DNA of 32,000 bases from Sinorhizobium meliloti (GCF_017876815.1 NZ_JAGIOS010000003.1:150001-182000), one strand, 5' to 3'; counted from the stretch's first letter, positions 9,701 through 18,439 are shown. Numbers and translations: made by a program. Notes: a model not told the origin generated them from the sequence alone.

Positions 9701-10108
9701 GGCCACGAAGCCGCCGAACCGCTTGATCGTATCGGACACGCATTGCTGATAAGCACCGATAATCTCGCGAAGATCCTCGACGTCGAGGCGCGATGCCAAG
9801 GCTGTCGAGCCGACGAGGTCGCAAAACATGACAGTTAACTGCCGACGCTCTGCACCGGCCTCTGGCGAAGCAGCGGTCGGCGCTGGTAGAGGTCGATCCA
9901 CCGATACGTTGCTTGAACGGGCATCCTCGTCTCGCAAATCCGCAATCGCATCAATAAGCTTGCGACGGTGTCCGATCGAAGCAACGCCAAGTTCCTTGAG
10001 ATCCTCGGCTTTCAGGTGCAGGAGAAGTTGTGCGTCAATGTCGTTGTCACGAAACGCCGACGCGTATTCCTCTAATCCCAAACTGCGCAACCAGGCAGCG
10101 ATGTCCAC
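6753..10108 (-). pseudogene. SAM-domain / class III adenylate-guanylate cyclase / P-loop NTPase / TPR protein, split by a frameshift (ORFs 7412..10108 and 6753..7496)
   Basis: GTG start with GGAGGA upstream. SAM-like MDIAAWLRSLGLEEYASAFRDNDID. Cyclase core RRQLTVMFCDLVGST...KYMGDGVLVYFG. Walker A GEPGIGKS. C-terminal TPR-like repeats continue in another frame after ...LYIHDP, as EISALAYLAILKWILGQ... The downstream frame opens right after TGA at 7521-7523. Confidence 0.9.
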
Positions 10109-10634
10109 CGCAGAATCCTCCGGCTTGCTTTGATCTTTTCAACAGCCAGGACGACGGGGCAATTCTACACGATTTGAATGAAACACGATGCGGAATGTCA
10201 TGCGCGATTTCAGCAGGTGGCGGAACAAAAACGTCGGCTCTTCGTCCCGCTGCAGACGTCCAGGCAAGCCGACACAAAGCTCTGGAATGGTGCTTATTGA
10301 AAGGTCTTGGAGCGAGATCTAGACGGCCCTAGGGCAAGGTCATGAGCCATTTCGGGAATGGCCAGCGCCCGAAAGCTTTGTCGGGCGACGAAACTCCGCC
10401 GCTGACCCCGCGAAGTTGAGGGTTTTCGGAGACGAACCATGCCTGCGATTGGTACCTGTTTCGATGCACCGATCTTAGCCCTCAGTCAACAAAGGAAAAG
10501 GTTCCTACCGTTCGGCGCCGGCAGATCGCTTCTGCCTGTGACTGGGGTCGTCCTCCTAGCAGGGTGTTGAAAAAGCCCTAGCGCCCGGGCTCTGGTCATG
10601 ATTCACTCGCTGTATTGCGATTTGGAGCTGATGG

Positions 10635-11737
10635 ATGCGCGGCGGCGATGTGAGGACAGGCGAACTCTTCAGCTATGTCGATCTTGAGGATCGTGTTCGA
10701 AAAGATCATCCTCTACGTGCCATCCGTCAGATCGTGAACGATGCACTCGTCTCGCTGGAACGAGATTTTGCAGCACTCTATTCGCCGATCGGACGGCCTT
10801 CGATCGCGCCTGAGAAGCTTCTACGTGCCATGCTTTTGCAAGCCTTCTATTCGATCCGTTCTGAACGGCTTTTAATGGAGCGGCTGGAATACGACCTTCT
10901 TTTCCGCTGGTTTGTTGACCTCGGCATTGACGATCCGGCTTGGGACCACTCGGTGTTTTCGAAGAACCGCGACCGGTTGCTTGATGGCGACATCGCTGCG
11001 AAGTTCCTGGGTGCAATCCTTTCCCAGCCCAAGGTAAAGCGGCTGCTGTCAACTGACCATTTCTCTGTCGATGGCACACTGGTCGAGGCCTGGGCGTCGA
11101 TGAAGAGCTTCAAGCCGAAGGACGGCCCAAGGGGCGATAATGGCGAACCACCATCAGATAGCGGCGGTCGGAATGCGGGATCAGACTTCCACGGCGAAAG
11201 GCGTTCCAACGAGACGCATGCTTCAACGACCGACCCCGATGCAAAGCTTTATAAGAAAGGCAAAGGCAAGGAAGCCAGCTGTGCTTTATGGGCCATGGGC
11301 TGATGGAGAACCGCCATGGCCTACTGGCCGATGCCTGCCTAACAGAGGCCAGCGGATATGCCGAACGTGTCGCGGCGCTTGCCATGATCGAACCCTTCTC
11401 CGACCGGCCACAAGCGATCACGCTGGGTGCCGACAAAGCATATGACACAAAAGACTCCGTCAAAGATTTGCGATCGATAAAGGTGACACCCCACGTGACG
11501 CAGAACATCAACGGTCGCCGTTCGGCCATTGATGGGCGCACGACGCGACATTGCGGCTATAAGGCCAGCTTGCGTATCCGCAAGCGCATCGAAGAGGCGT
11601 TCGGCTGGATCAAAACCGTCGCGGGGCAGGATAAGACGAAGTTCCGCGGGCGCGACCGCGTCGGATGGGCCTTCACCTTCGCGGCCGCCGCCTATAATCT
11701 GGTGCGGCTGCCGAAGCTCATGACGGAGACAGGCTGA
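10635..11737 (+). pseudogene. IS5-family (InsH-N / DDE_Tnp_1 type) transposase, frameshifted
   Basis: Two ORFs (10635..11303 and 11288..11737). The reading frame changes at ...KGKGKEA|S CALW against QLCFMGHGLMENRHGLL, consistent with loss of 1 nt near 11270 (gccagctg). No slippery motif. Confidence 0.85.
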
Positions 11738-12081
11738 TGGCGAGAGTTTCTCCCTTCGCCAAGGCCTTCGCCGGTCGTTGGCGCATCGTCGAGATGGACA
11801 ACTGGGACAACGACGTCCTCGATCTCGTCGAAGAGGCGCATCTGACATTCCAGGGCACAGCGGACGGCGAAATCGCATTTGTCGCGCTCAAGGGCTTTCT
11901 CGATGTTCGCTATGGCGCACGCGATGGATCCGCCTGTGCAGAGTTCTCATGGGAAGGACAAGACGAGAGCGACCCGGTCTGTGGTCGTGGATGGGCAGCT
12001 CTCGGCTCCGCTGGACGCCTTGTCGGACACATCTACGTCCATAACGGAGACGATTCCGGTTTCGTGTGCGAACGCGACTGA
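11737..12081 (+). CDS. hypothetical protein (114 aa) encoded inside the IS5-family element
   Basis: Its ATG shares one base with the transposase TGA (cTGATGg, 11735-11739). The ORF ends at 12081, immediately before the right IR (12082-12104). No family recognised. Confidence 0.5.
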   Translation: MARVSPFAKAFAGRWRIVEMDNWDNDVLDLVEEAHLTFQGTADGEIAFVALKGFLDVRYGARDGSACAEFSWEGQDESDPVCGRGWAALGSAGRLVGHIYVHNGDDSGFVCERD

Positions 12082-12160
12082 CTTCTTCAACAGCCTGCTA
12101 GGAGATGACCTCTTCCGCCTTGAATGTTGCAATCATATTTCAGCTGAAAGGGAGGCTTGC

Positions 12161-12286
12161 ATGAGCAGGCGTATCATCAGGGGCAATGACGTCGAGATCG
12201 CCACCGGAGCTTTCGACGGCCGGGCGCATCCGTCGGTCCTCCTCGTCATGAGGGCACCCATGCCATGGTGGCCCGAGAGATTCTGC
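12161..12286 (+). pseudogene. 5' remnant of an alpha/beta-hydrolase gene interrupted by the IS256-family element
   Basis: GGGAGG then ATG at 12161. MSRRIIRGNDVEIATGAFDGRAHPSVLLVMRAPMPWWPERFC resembles the N-terminal ...P.VLL..G.....WW.DEFC... block of alpha/beta hydrolases. The ORF runs straight into the IS. Only about 50 nt of flank remain before the IS630 element. Confidence 0.35.
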
Positions 12287-13584
12287 GGGACTGTCAGGAA
12301 TTCTGTGCGGTGGGCCATGATGATGAAAAGGAGAGAATCATCACATGGCTATCGAGAAAGAACTTCTGGACCAGCTCCTGGCTGGACGTGATCCATCCGA
12401 GGTTTTCGGCAAGGACGGTTTGCTGGACGATCTGAAGAAGGCGCTTTCAGAGCGCATCCTCAATGCGGAGCTTGACGACCATCTCGACGTCGAGCGCCTG
12501 GAGGGCGGCCCCGCCAACAGGCGCAACGGTTCCTCCAAGAAGACGGTTTTGACTGGCACATCGAAGATGACGCTGACCATCCCGCGCGATCGGGCGGGTA
12601 CCTTCGACCCAAAGCTGATCGCCAGATATCAGCGCCGGTTTCCCGATTTCGACGATAAGATCATTTCGATGTACGCCCGTGGTATGACAGTGCGCGAGAT
12701 CCAGGGGCATCTTGAAGAGCTCTACGGCATCGATGTGTCGCCGGATCTGATCTCGGCGGTGACCGATACGGTTCTGGAGGCCGTTGGAGAGTGGCAAAAC
12801 CGGCCGCTCGAGCTTTGCTACCCCCTCGTGTTTTTCGACGCCATCCGGGTCAAGATCAGAGACGAGGGCTTCGTACGCAACAAAGCCGTCTATGTCGCCC
12901 TGGCCGTGCTCGCTGACGGCAGCAAGGAGATCCTCGGGCTCTGGATCGAGCAGACGGAAGGGGCAAAGTTCTGGCTGCGGGTCATGAACGAGCTGAAGAA
13001 CCGCGGTTGCCAGGATATCCTAATCGCCGTGGTCGACGGCTTGAAGGGCTTCCCCGAGGCCATCACCGCCGTCTTTCCCCAAACAATCGTCCAGACCTGC
13101 ATCGTCCACCTGATCCGGCACTCGTTGGAGTTCGTATCCTACAAGGATAGAAGGACCGTTGTGCCGGCGTTGAGAGCCATCTACCGCGCCCGAGATGCCG
13201 AGGCGGGCCTGAAGGCGCTGGAGGCCTTCGAGGAAGGGTACTGGGGCCAGAAATATCCCGCTATCGCTCAAAGCTGGCGGCGCAACTGGGAACACGTCGT
13301 TCCCTTCTTCGCCTTCCCCGAAGGGGTCCGCCGCATCATCTACACGACGAACGCAATAGAGGCCCTCAACTCGAAGCTTCGGCGAGCTGTGCGTTCCCGC
13401 GGGCATTTCCCTGGTGACGAAGCCGCGATGAAGCTGTTATATCTCGTTCTTAACAACGCGGCCGAGCAATGGAAACGGGCGCCGCGGGAATGGGTCGAGG
13501 CAAAGACACAGTTCGCCGTCATCTTTGGCGAGCGGTTCTTCAACTGATGAAACCGGCCCACCGCACAGAATTCCTGACAGTCCC
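12287..13584 (+). mobile_element. IS256-family insertion sequence, 1298 bp (ISRm3-like)
   Basis: Perfect 30-bp IRs: gggactgtcaggaattctgtgcggtgggcc (12287-12316) and its reverse complement (13555-13584). 8-bp direct target duplication GATTCTGC at 12279-12286 and 13585-13592. Confidence 0.95.
12345..13547 (+). CDS. IS256-family (Mutator-type) transposase, 400 aa
   Basis: Intact ORF. Typical N-terminus ...ELLDQLLAG...DGLLDDLKKALSERILNAELDDHL. DDE-region blocks (LVFFDAIRVKIRD, IAVVDGLKGF, CIVHLIR, TTNAIEALN). Confidence 0.97.
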   Translation: MAIEKELLDQLLAGRDPSEVFGKDGLLDDLKKALSERILNAELDDHLDVERLEGGPANRRNGSSKKTVLTGTSKMTLTIPRDRAGTFDPKLIARYQRRFPDFDDKIISMYARGMTVREIQGHLEELYGIDVSPDLISAVTDTVLEAVGEWQNRPLELCYPLVFFDAIRVKIRDEGFVRNKAVYVALAVLADGSKEILGLWIEQTEGAKFWLRVMNELKNRGCQDILIAVVDGLKGFPEAITAVFPQTIVQTCIVHLIRHSLEFVSYKDRRTVVPALRAIYRARDAEAGLKALEAFEEGYWGQKYPAIAQSWRRNWEHVVPFFAFPEGVRRIIYTTNAIEALNSKLRRAVRSRGHFPGDEAAMKLLYLVLNNAAEQWKRAPREWVEAKTQFAVIFGERFFN

Positions 13585-13724
13585 GATTCTGCAGCCGGAT
13601 CCCGGACAAGACCGCTATGGCTGAGCTTGTGCGCTCTTACTAGAGCACGTGCTGCGATCGATGAATCGATTGTGAAGTGACGACGCAGGCCGAAGCTGAT
13701 TCAACATCCACAGCGAAGAGGTGG

Positions 13725-14671
13725 ATGATGGGCCAGGCACTGAGCGACGATCTTCGAATACGGGTTTTGAAAGCGTCTGCAGCGGGCATGTCAGCTCGAC
13801 AGGCTGCAGCCCGGTTCGGAGTTGGGATCTCGACAGCGATCCGCTGGATCGCGAGAGCGAAAGAGGGCGAGCTGACCCCTCGGCCGCAGGGCTGGAGGCG
13901 GCCATCGGCGGTAGACGCACACGAGGAATTTGTTGTCGCCCTGATCGAAGAGCGGAAGGACGTGACGCTCGATGAAATGGTCCAGCGCTTGTCCGTCGAA
14001 CGGCAGGTGAAGATCAGCCGTAGCGCACTTGGCGCCTGGCTTCGAGGCCGAGGATGGACCTTTAAAAAAAGACCGCACACGCACTGGAGCAAGACCGGCC
14101 GGATGTCCTGAAGCGCCGGCGCGTCTGGTTTGATGGTCAGCTCGATCTCGATCCGGAGAAGCTGATCTTCATCGATGAAACCGGCCTTTCCACGAAGATG
14201 GCACGTCTGCGCGGGCGTGCACTGCGAGGCGAACGTTGCCGGGCCGGCGTACCGCACGGGCACTGGAAGACAACGACCTTCACCGGCGCCTTGCGCCTAA
14301 CCGGAATGACCGCACCGTTTGTCTACGACGGCGCGATGAACGGCAACGTCTTCCTGGCCTATGTCGAACAGGTACTTCTGCCGACCCTTCAGGCCGGGGA
14401 CGTCGTAGTCATGGACAACTTGCCAGCACACAAGACATCCGGTGTGCGGGATGCCATCGAGCGCGCCGGGGCCAAGCTTATGTTCCTCCCGCCCTATAGC
14501 CCAGACTTCAATCCCATCGAGAATGCATTCTCGAAACTGAAAGCCATGCTGCGAGGCCGCGCGGAGCGAAAGATCGATGCCCTGTGGGACGCAGTCGGCG
14601 CCTTGATACCCCGCTTCACTCCTGACGAGTGTGCCAACTACTTCAGGGCTGCCGGGTATGACCCGGATTGA
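13725..14671 (+). CDS. IS630-family transposase, two frames joined by a -1 shift at an A7 run
   Basis: orfA (HTH: [20 protein letters not shown]) ends shortly after TTT AAA AAA AGA. The -1 frame continues [22 protein letters not shown]...DETGLSTKM...DNLPAHK...[10 protein letters not shown] (DDE). Probable ATG at 13725/13728 after AAGAGG. Confidence 0.9.
14064..14071 (+). promoter_or_regulatory. slippery A7G recoding site of the IS630 transposase
   Basis: aaaaaaag at 14064-14071. The zero-frame stop lies 14 codons downstream. The -1 frame is open through to the DDE domain. Confidence 0.75.
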
Positions 14672-14812
14672 ACAGGATCTGCTCTAACATCGCGCTCAAG
14701 TGGTGCATGCCAATCGAGGGCTGCAGTCTGACTCAAGATGTCATCCAGTTTCCTCGGCTCGCGCCAAGCCCTCGTGGCAATCACCGATGCAACTAGATGC
14801 TCCGGGATGCCG

Positions 14813-15706
14813 TCACTCAGCGACCATGTCGATTTTGGTCGTCGCGAAGCGCTTCCGCAACCATGTCGCCGCTGGGCCGCTGGGGCGTTGCTTGTGCCAG
14901 ACCAGCTCTAACGCCACCGGATGCGCGCCGTCGTCGAATTGAAGCGCGGGGATCGCAAGATCCTGCGCCACCGGGGATCTCGCAAGGATATGCGCAGGGA
15001 TCAGAGCCCAGCCAATACCCTGCTTTAGAATCTGCAGAATCACCCAATGGCTCTCGACCCACCAGACTTCCGCCGCCACCCGAAGGCGGTGCCGTTCCAT
15101 ACCTTCGGTGCGCACCGTCACCATAATTTGGCGGTGACGCTTGAGATCCTCCCAGCCGACGACCGCATTGGCAAGCGGATGGTTCCTGCCACAGACCAAT
15201 TTCAACTGCACCCATCCGATCGTGTGAAAGCCCAACTCCGCGGGCAGATCCTCTTGCCGCCACATGACGCCGATATCCGCTTTCCCATCGAGGACCAGCC
15301 GGCTGACATCTTCCATCATCGGGAACAGCAGCTCGAGTTCGACGTGAGGAAAATGCACGGCAAACTCGGCAAACAGTTCGCCCAACGCGTGCTCGGGATA
15401 GAGTTCGTCGATAGCGACCACCAGACGCTTCTCCACATGCGCTTCAAAGCTGGCCGCCACGCCGATCAGGTGCTCACGCCTGTCGAGGATCAGCCTCGCT
15501 TCCGACAACAGGCGTTCGCCGGCGGCAGTGAGGGTCGGATTGCGCCCCTGCCGACTGAACAGCTCCAGTCCGAGATCCTCCTCAAGGTTCGAGACCTGCG
15601 TGCTGACGGCCGATTGCGCCTTGCGTAATGCCCGGCCAGCGGCCGAGAACGAGCCGTGTTCGGCCGCCGCAACGAAGGCCTCCAGCTGTTCCATCGAGAC
15701 CGTCAT
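14813..15706 (-). CDS. LysR-family transcriptional regulator
   Basis: 297 aa. N-terminal wHTH LEAFVAAAEHGSFSAAGRALRKAQSAVSTQVSNLEEDLGLELF plus a substrate-binding domain. Divergent from the PACE gene. Confidence 0.95.
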   Translation of the reverse strand: MTVSMEQLEAFVAAAEHGSFSAAGRALRKAQSAVSTQVSNLEEDLGLELFSRQGRNPTLTAAGERLLSEARLILDRREHLIGVAASFEAHVEKRLVVAIDELYPEHALGELFAEFAVHFPHVELELLFPMMEDVSRLVLDGKADIGVMWRQEDLPAELGFHTIGWVQLKLVCGRNHPLANAVVGWEDLKRHRQIMVTVRTEGMERHRLRVAAEVWWVESHWVILQILKQGIGWALIPAHILARSPVAQDLAIPALQFDDGAHPVALELVWHKQRPSGPAATWLRKRFATTKIDMVAE

Positions 15707-15710
15707 CCAC

Positions 15711-15755
15711 CTTATTTCCAGATAGGACCTAACTTCATGATCTCGGGAATACAGA
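15711..15755. promoter_or_regulatory. candidate LysR-type operator sites in the LysR/PACE divergent intergenic region
   Basis: cTTATttccagATAGg contains a T-N11-A core (15712-15724). A second dyad, ATCT-N9-AGAT, lies at 15739-15755. Confidence 0.3.
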
Positions 15756-15797
15756 TATAAAGCGCTCTAATCAACATAACTCAAAAGGAGATGCGTC

Positions 15798-16241
15798 GTG
15801 AAGATGCGCACTTTCCCGGACCGGATTCGGCATGCATTGTTGTTTGAGGCCATTGGCTTGATGATTATCACTCCGGTTGCGGCCTATCTGTTCAACAAGC
15901 CCATCATGCATATGGGCGTCGTTGGCATCGGCTCCGCCACAATTGCAACGATCTGGAATTTCGTTTTCAATCTCGGTTTCGATCACGGTATGCGCCGGAT
16001 GTTCGGGGACACCAACAAAACCTTCAAAATGCGTCTGGTGCACACGGTGCTGTTCGAGATCGGCCTTTTGGCGATCCTGCTGCCGCCCATCGCCTGGTAC
16101 CTGAACATGGGGTTGTTCGAAACGCTGCAGCTCGACCTGGCCATTGTAGCCTTCTATCTCGTCTACAATTTCGTCTTCAATGTCGCCTATGACCGCGTTT
16201 TCCCCGTCCCGGCGGGGCGGCGAGCCGAATACGCTACCTAG
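15798..16241 (+). CDS. PACE-family (AceI-like, tandem BTP domain) efflux transporter
   Basis: 147 aa, four TM segments. Duplicated motif RIRHALLFEAIGLMIITP / RLVHTVLFEIGLLAILLP and NFVFN / NFVFN. AAGGAG upstream (start GTG 15798 or ATG 15804). Confidence 0.85.
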   Translation: MKMRTFPDRIRHALLFEAIGLMIITPVAAYLFNKPIMHMGVVGIGSATIATIWNFVFNLGFDHGMRRMFGDTNKTFKMRLVHTVLFEIGLLAILLPPIAWYLNMGLFETLQLDLAIVAFYLVYNFVFNVAYDRVFPVPAGRRAEYAT

Positions 16242-17669
16242 CACTACAGTTGCATTTTAGTTTTGAGGTGAGCTCGTCGAGCGGCCGCCTGATGGGCGCG
16301 CCTCCAGCATGACCATGCGATGACGTAGGCGGGGCTTATGCGACGCTGAGCGAGTCTTATGGCGATGCGTCGGACTTCCTGGATAGACCAGCGGATTAAA
16401 TCCTGATGGTCGGCATCCGCAGTCTTTTTTGGGGCGTCGCGTCATTGGCGCGGTATCGGATCACCGCCATCATGGCGAAGGCGAGCATGACGAGGGAGAC
16501 GTGGCGATGCCAGCCATGCCATGACCGGGTTTCGTTGTGATCGAGTCCGAGCTCGTTCTTGGCGGTCTCGAAGCTGTCTTCGATCGCCCAGCGATGGCCT
16601 TCAACGGAAACGAGCGTCTGGATGCCCGTCCCGGCCGGGCACCATGTGGTGAAGAATGCGAGATCACCGTCGCTGATATTGCGCCGGATCAGGAGGCCAC
16701 GGGTCCAAAGCCCAGATTTCGTCTCGTTGTATTCGTCGGCATCGAGGTCGGCGAGTTCGCAATAGGCCCAGTCATGAAGCCGAGCGCCTTTGGTGCCCTC
16801 ACCGGCGGAAAGACGCTGCCATGCACTTGGATCGAGATCACGGGCGATCTCCTGCGCTGTGCCGGCGACCGGAGGCTTTCCCGACCACGAGCCGAAATGG
16901 TGGTCCGATTTAACCCCAAGAACGTAGCCTTTGCAGGCTCGGCGCAGGGTTCCTTCGATGTCCCCGACGCCATAGACCGCATCTGCGGCCACCCATGAAA
17001 ACGGCACATTGGCTGCCAGCGCACGCCGTATCATCTCGACAGCCAGGCCTGGCTTGGTAGCGAAGGCTGTAGCCTGAGGAACATGAGCTGCTGCAAGCCT
17101 TGCCGGATCGCCAGTCCAGCTCTTGGGCAAGTACAGGGCTCGATCGATAAAGGCATGGCCGCGATCGGACACATAGGCGGCGAACACACCGATCTGGCAG
17201 TTCGTTATCTTGCCAGCCGAACCTGTATATTGACGTGCAACACCGCACGATGTCTTGCCCTGCTTGAGGAAGCCCGTCTCATCGATGACCAGGACCGCAT
17301 CATCCGTGGCGAGGTTTTCTACGACATACTCTCGCACGATGTCGCGAAGTGCGTCCGCGTCCCAGCGCCCGCGCCCCAGAATGGCTTGTTGCCGCCACGG
17401 GCCGGGATCACCGGCCGCCTCAGCACGCATCCAACCTGTCTTACGCCGCTCGTCACCCAGCAAGCCGTCCAGGAAAAGGTTCGCAGAGGCTGCAACTCGC
17501 TCCTGCGTAAACAGTCCGCGCATGCGAGCCTTCACGTCGCGCAACGATGATGCCCAAAGCTCAAGCGTCGTCTCGATTGATGCACCTGCCATCCATGACC
17601 TCCGAATCATGGAGACCCATAGATTCAGATCATAGATAAATATGCAACTGTAGTGCTAGGGACAAAAAT
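16238..17669 (-). mobile_element. IS701-family insertion sequence (about 1.43 kb)
   Basis: 18-bp perfect IRs: ctagcactacagttgcat (16238-16255) and its reverse complement (17652-17669). If CTAG is the target duplication, the element is 16242..17665. Confidence 0.85.
16396..17610 (-). CDS. IS701-family DDE transposase (404 aa)
   Basis: Intact ORF. ...LFLDGLLGDERRKTGWMRAEAAGDPGPWRQQAILGRGRWDADALRD...VLVIDETGFLKQGKTSCGVARQYTGSAGKITNCQIGVF is typical of IS701-type transposases. Confidence 0.93.
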   Translation of the reverse strand: MIRRSWMAGASIETTLELWASSLRDVKARMRGLFTQERVAASANLFLDGLLGDERRKTGWMRAEAAGDPGPWRQQAILGRGRWDADALRDIVREYVVENLATDDAVLVIDETGFLKQGKTSCGVARQYTGSAGKITNCQIGVFAAYVSDRGHAFIDRALYLPKSWTGDPARLAAAHVPQATAFATKPGLAVEMIRRALAANVPFSWVAADAVYGVGDIEGTLRRACKGYVLGVKSDHHFGSWSGKPPVAGTAQEIARDLDPSAWQRLSAGEGTKGARLHDWAYCELADLDADEYNETKSGLWTRGLLIRRNISDGDLAFFTTWCPAGTGIQTLVSVEGHRWAIEDSFETAKNELGLDHNETRSWHGWHRHVSLVMLAFAMMAVIRYRANDATPQKRLRMPTIRI

Positions 17670-17778
17670 GCGCTCTGACAGCCGCCCGCATACATATGCG
17701 TTAGGGCATCACGGGTTTTCTGGGGAATGGGCGTCCCTCGGGTTTGTAGTGCATGATCCGTACGGAAGTGAACGGATG

Positions 17779-18114
17779 GATTTGGCGCTCACGGGCGTAG
17801 ATGGGCGCAGTGACCGAACATCATCGAGGACCTCTGACGGTGTTGATCGCGTCGCTGCGGACATCGTTGAAGCCGGTGGCGCGGCGATCGGCATTGTGTG
17901 CGAGGTGGGCGAGCTTGACCAGATCACCGCTGCAGTCGACCAGGTCGTCGCCGCTTACGGCCGGATTGACATTCTGGTGAACAACGCAGCCGGTCGCTCC
18001 GCAGTCTTGTCAACGATTCTCGACCTGTCGATCGAGCAACTGCAACGGAACTTCGATACCGGGGCGATTGCTTACATCCGTTTCATGCAATCCGGCGGGC
18101 TAAGGCTTTTGTGA
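17779..18114 (+). pseudogene. internal fragment of a short-chain dehydrogenase/reductase (SDR)
   Basis: ...AADIVEAGGAAIGIVCEVGELDQITAAVDQVVAAYGRIDILVNNAAG... (NNAG motif) is present. The TGxxxGxG region is degenerate and shortened, and the catalytic S / YxxxK part is missing. Confidence 0.6.
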
Positions 18115-18439
18115 CGTCGCCCGCGAATGGATCGGGACCGGGGAGGCCAGCACGGCGCAGCGTGCTCACCATGCGCCTCCGCTCCCGGATGTTGTCCTTG
18201 ATCTCCTTGTGGGCCTTCACCCGCTCCGTGATCGCCTCGTCGGAGTGTGGCCCGACATAGCTTCGCTTGTCCTTGCCTTGAGGGGTAGGGAGATCGAAAT
18301 ACCAATAGTCACGATCTTTGACGGTCACGGTCACGAACTATCCCTCTAAGGGGAAGTCCGCCGCGAATTGCGCGTCGAGCGTCCGCTGCGTTAGCTCCGC
18401 GAACATCGCTCGGTAGCTGATGTCGATCTCTTTCATCAT
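18083..18439 (-). pseudogene. N-terminal remnant of a GSU2403-type nucleotidyltransferase-fold protein with an in-frame TAG
   Basis: AAGGAG then ATG at 18439. MMKEIDISYRAMFAELTQRTLDAQFAADFPLEG-TAG(18338-18340)-FVTVTVKDRDYWYFDLPTPQGKDKRSYVGPHSDEAITERV...LRRAGLPGPDPFAGDV. It ends after about 117 codons, where it meets the SDR fragment. The family call is from memory of the conserved YWY...YVGP pattern. Confidence 0.5.

Larger units (their letters stand above)
10553..12104 (+). mobile_element. IS5-family insertion sequence (about 1.55 kb) carrying a transposase plus a passenger ORF
   Basis: Terminal IRs: ctcctagcagggtgttgaaaaag (10553-10575) against the reverse complement of cttcttcaacagcctgctaggag (12082-12104), 21/23 identical. 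If the palindromic CTAG is instead the target duplication, the element is 10560..12097. Confidence 0.8.
13643..14684 (+). mobile_element. IS630-family insertion sequence (about 1.04 kb) flanked by TA
   Basis: TA|gagcacgtgctg (13641-) and ...caggatctgctc|TA (-14686). The imperfect IR GAGCAcGTgCTG / GAGCAgATcCTG matches 9/12. TA target duplication is typical of IS630/Tc1. The boundaries are less certain than for the other ISs. Confidence 0.7.

Noticed and set aside
10133-10147. tcttttcaacagcc, resembling the inner part of the IS5-family right IR, 400 bp left of the element
   Set aside because: Only about 10-12 contiguous matching bases with no CTAG tip or further similarity. It could be chance or a very old remnant and is not supportable.
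13640-14263. 207-aa minus-strand ORF across the IS630 element
   Set aside because: It lies antisense to a clearly recognisable transposase, with no independent support.
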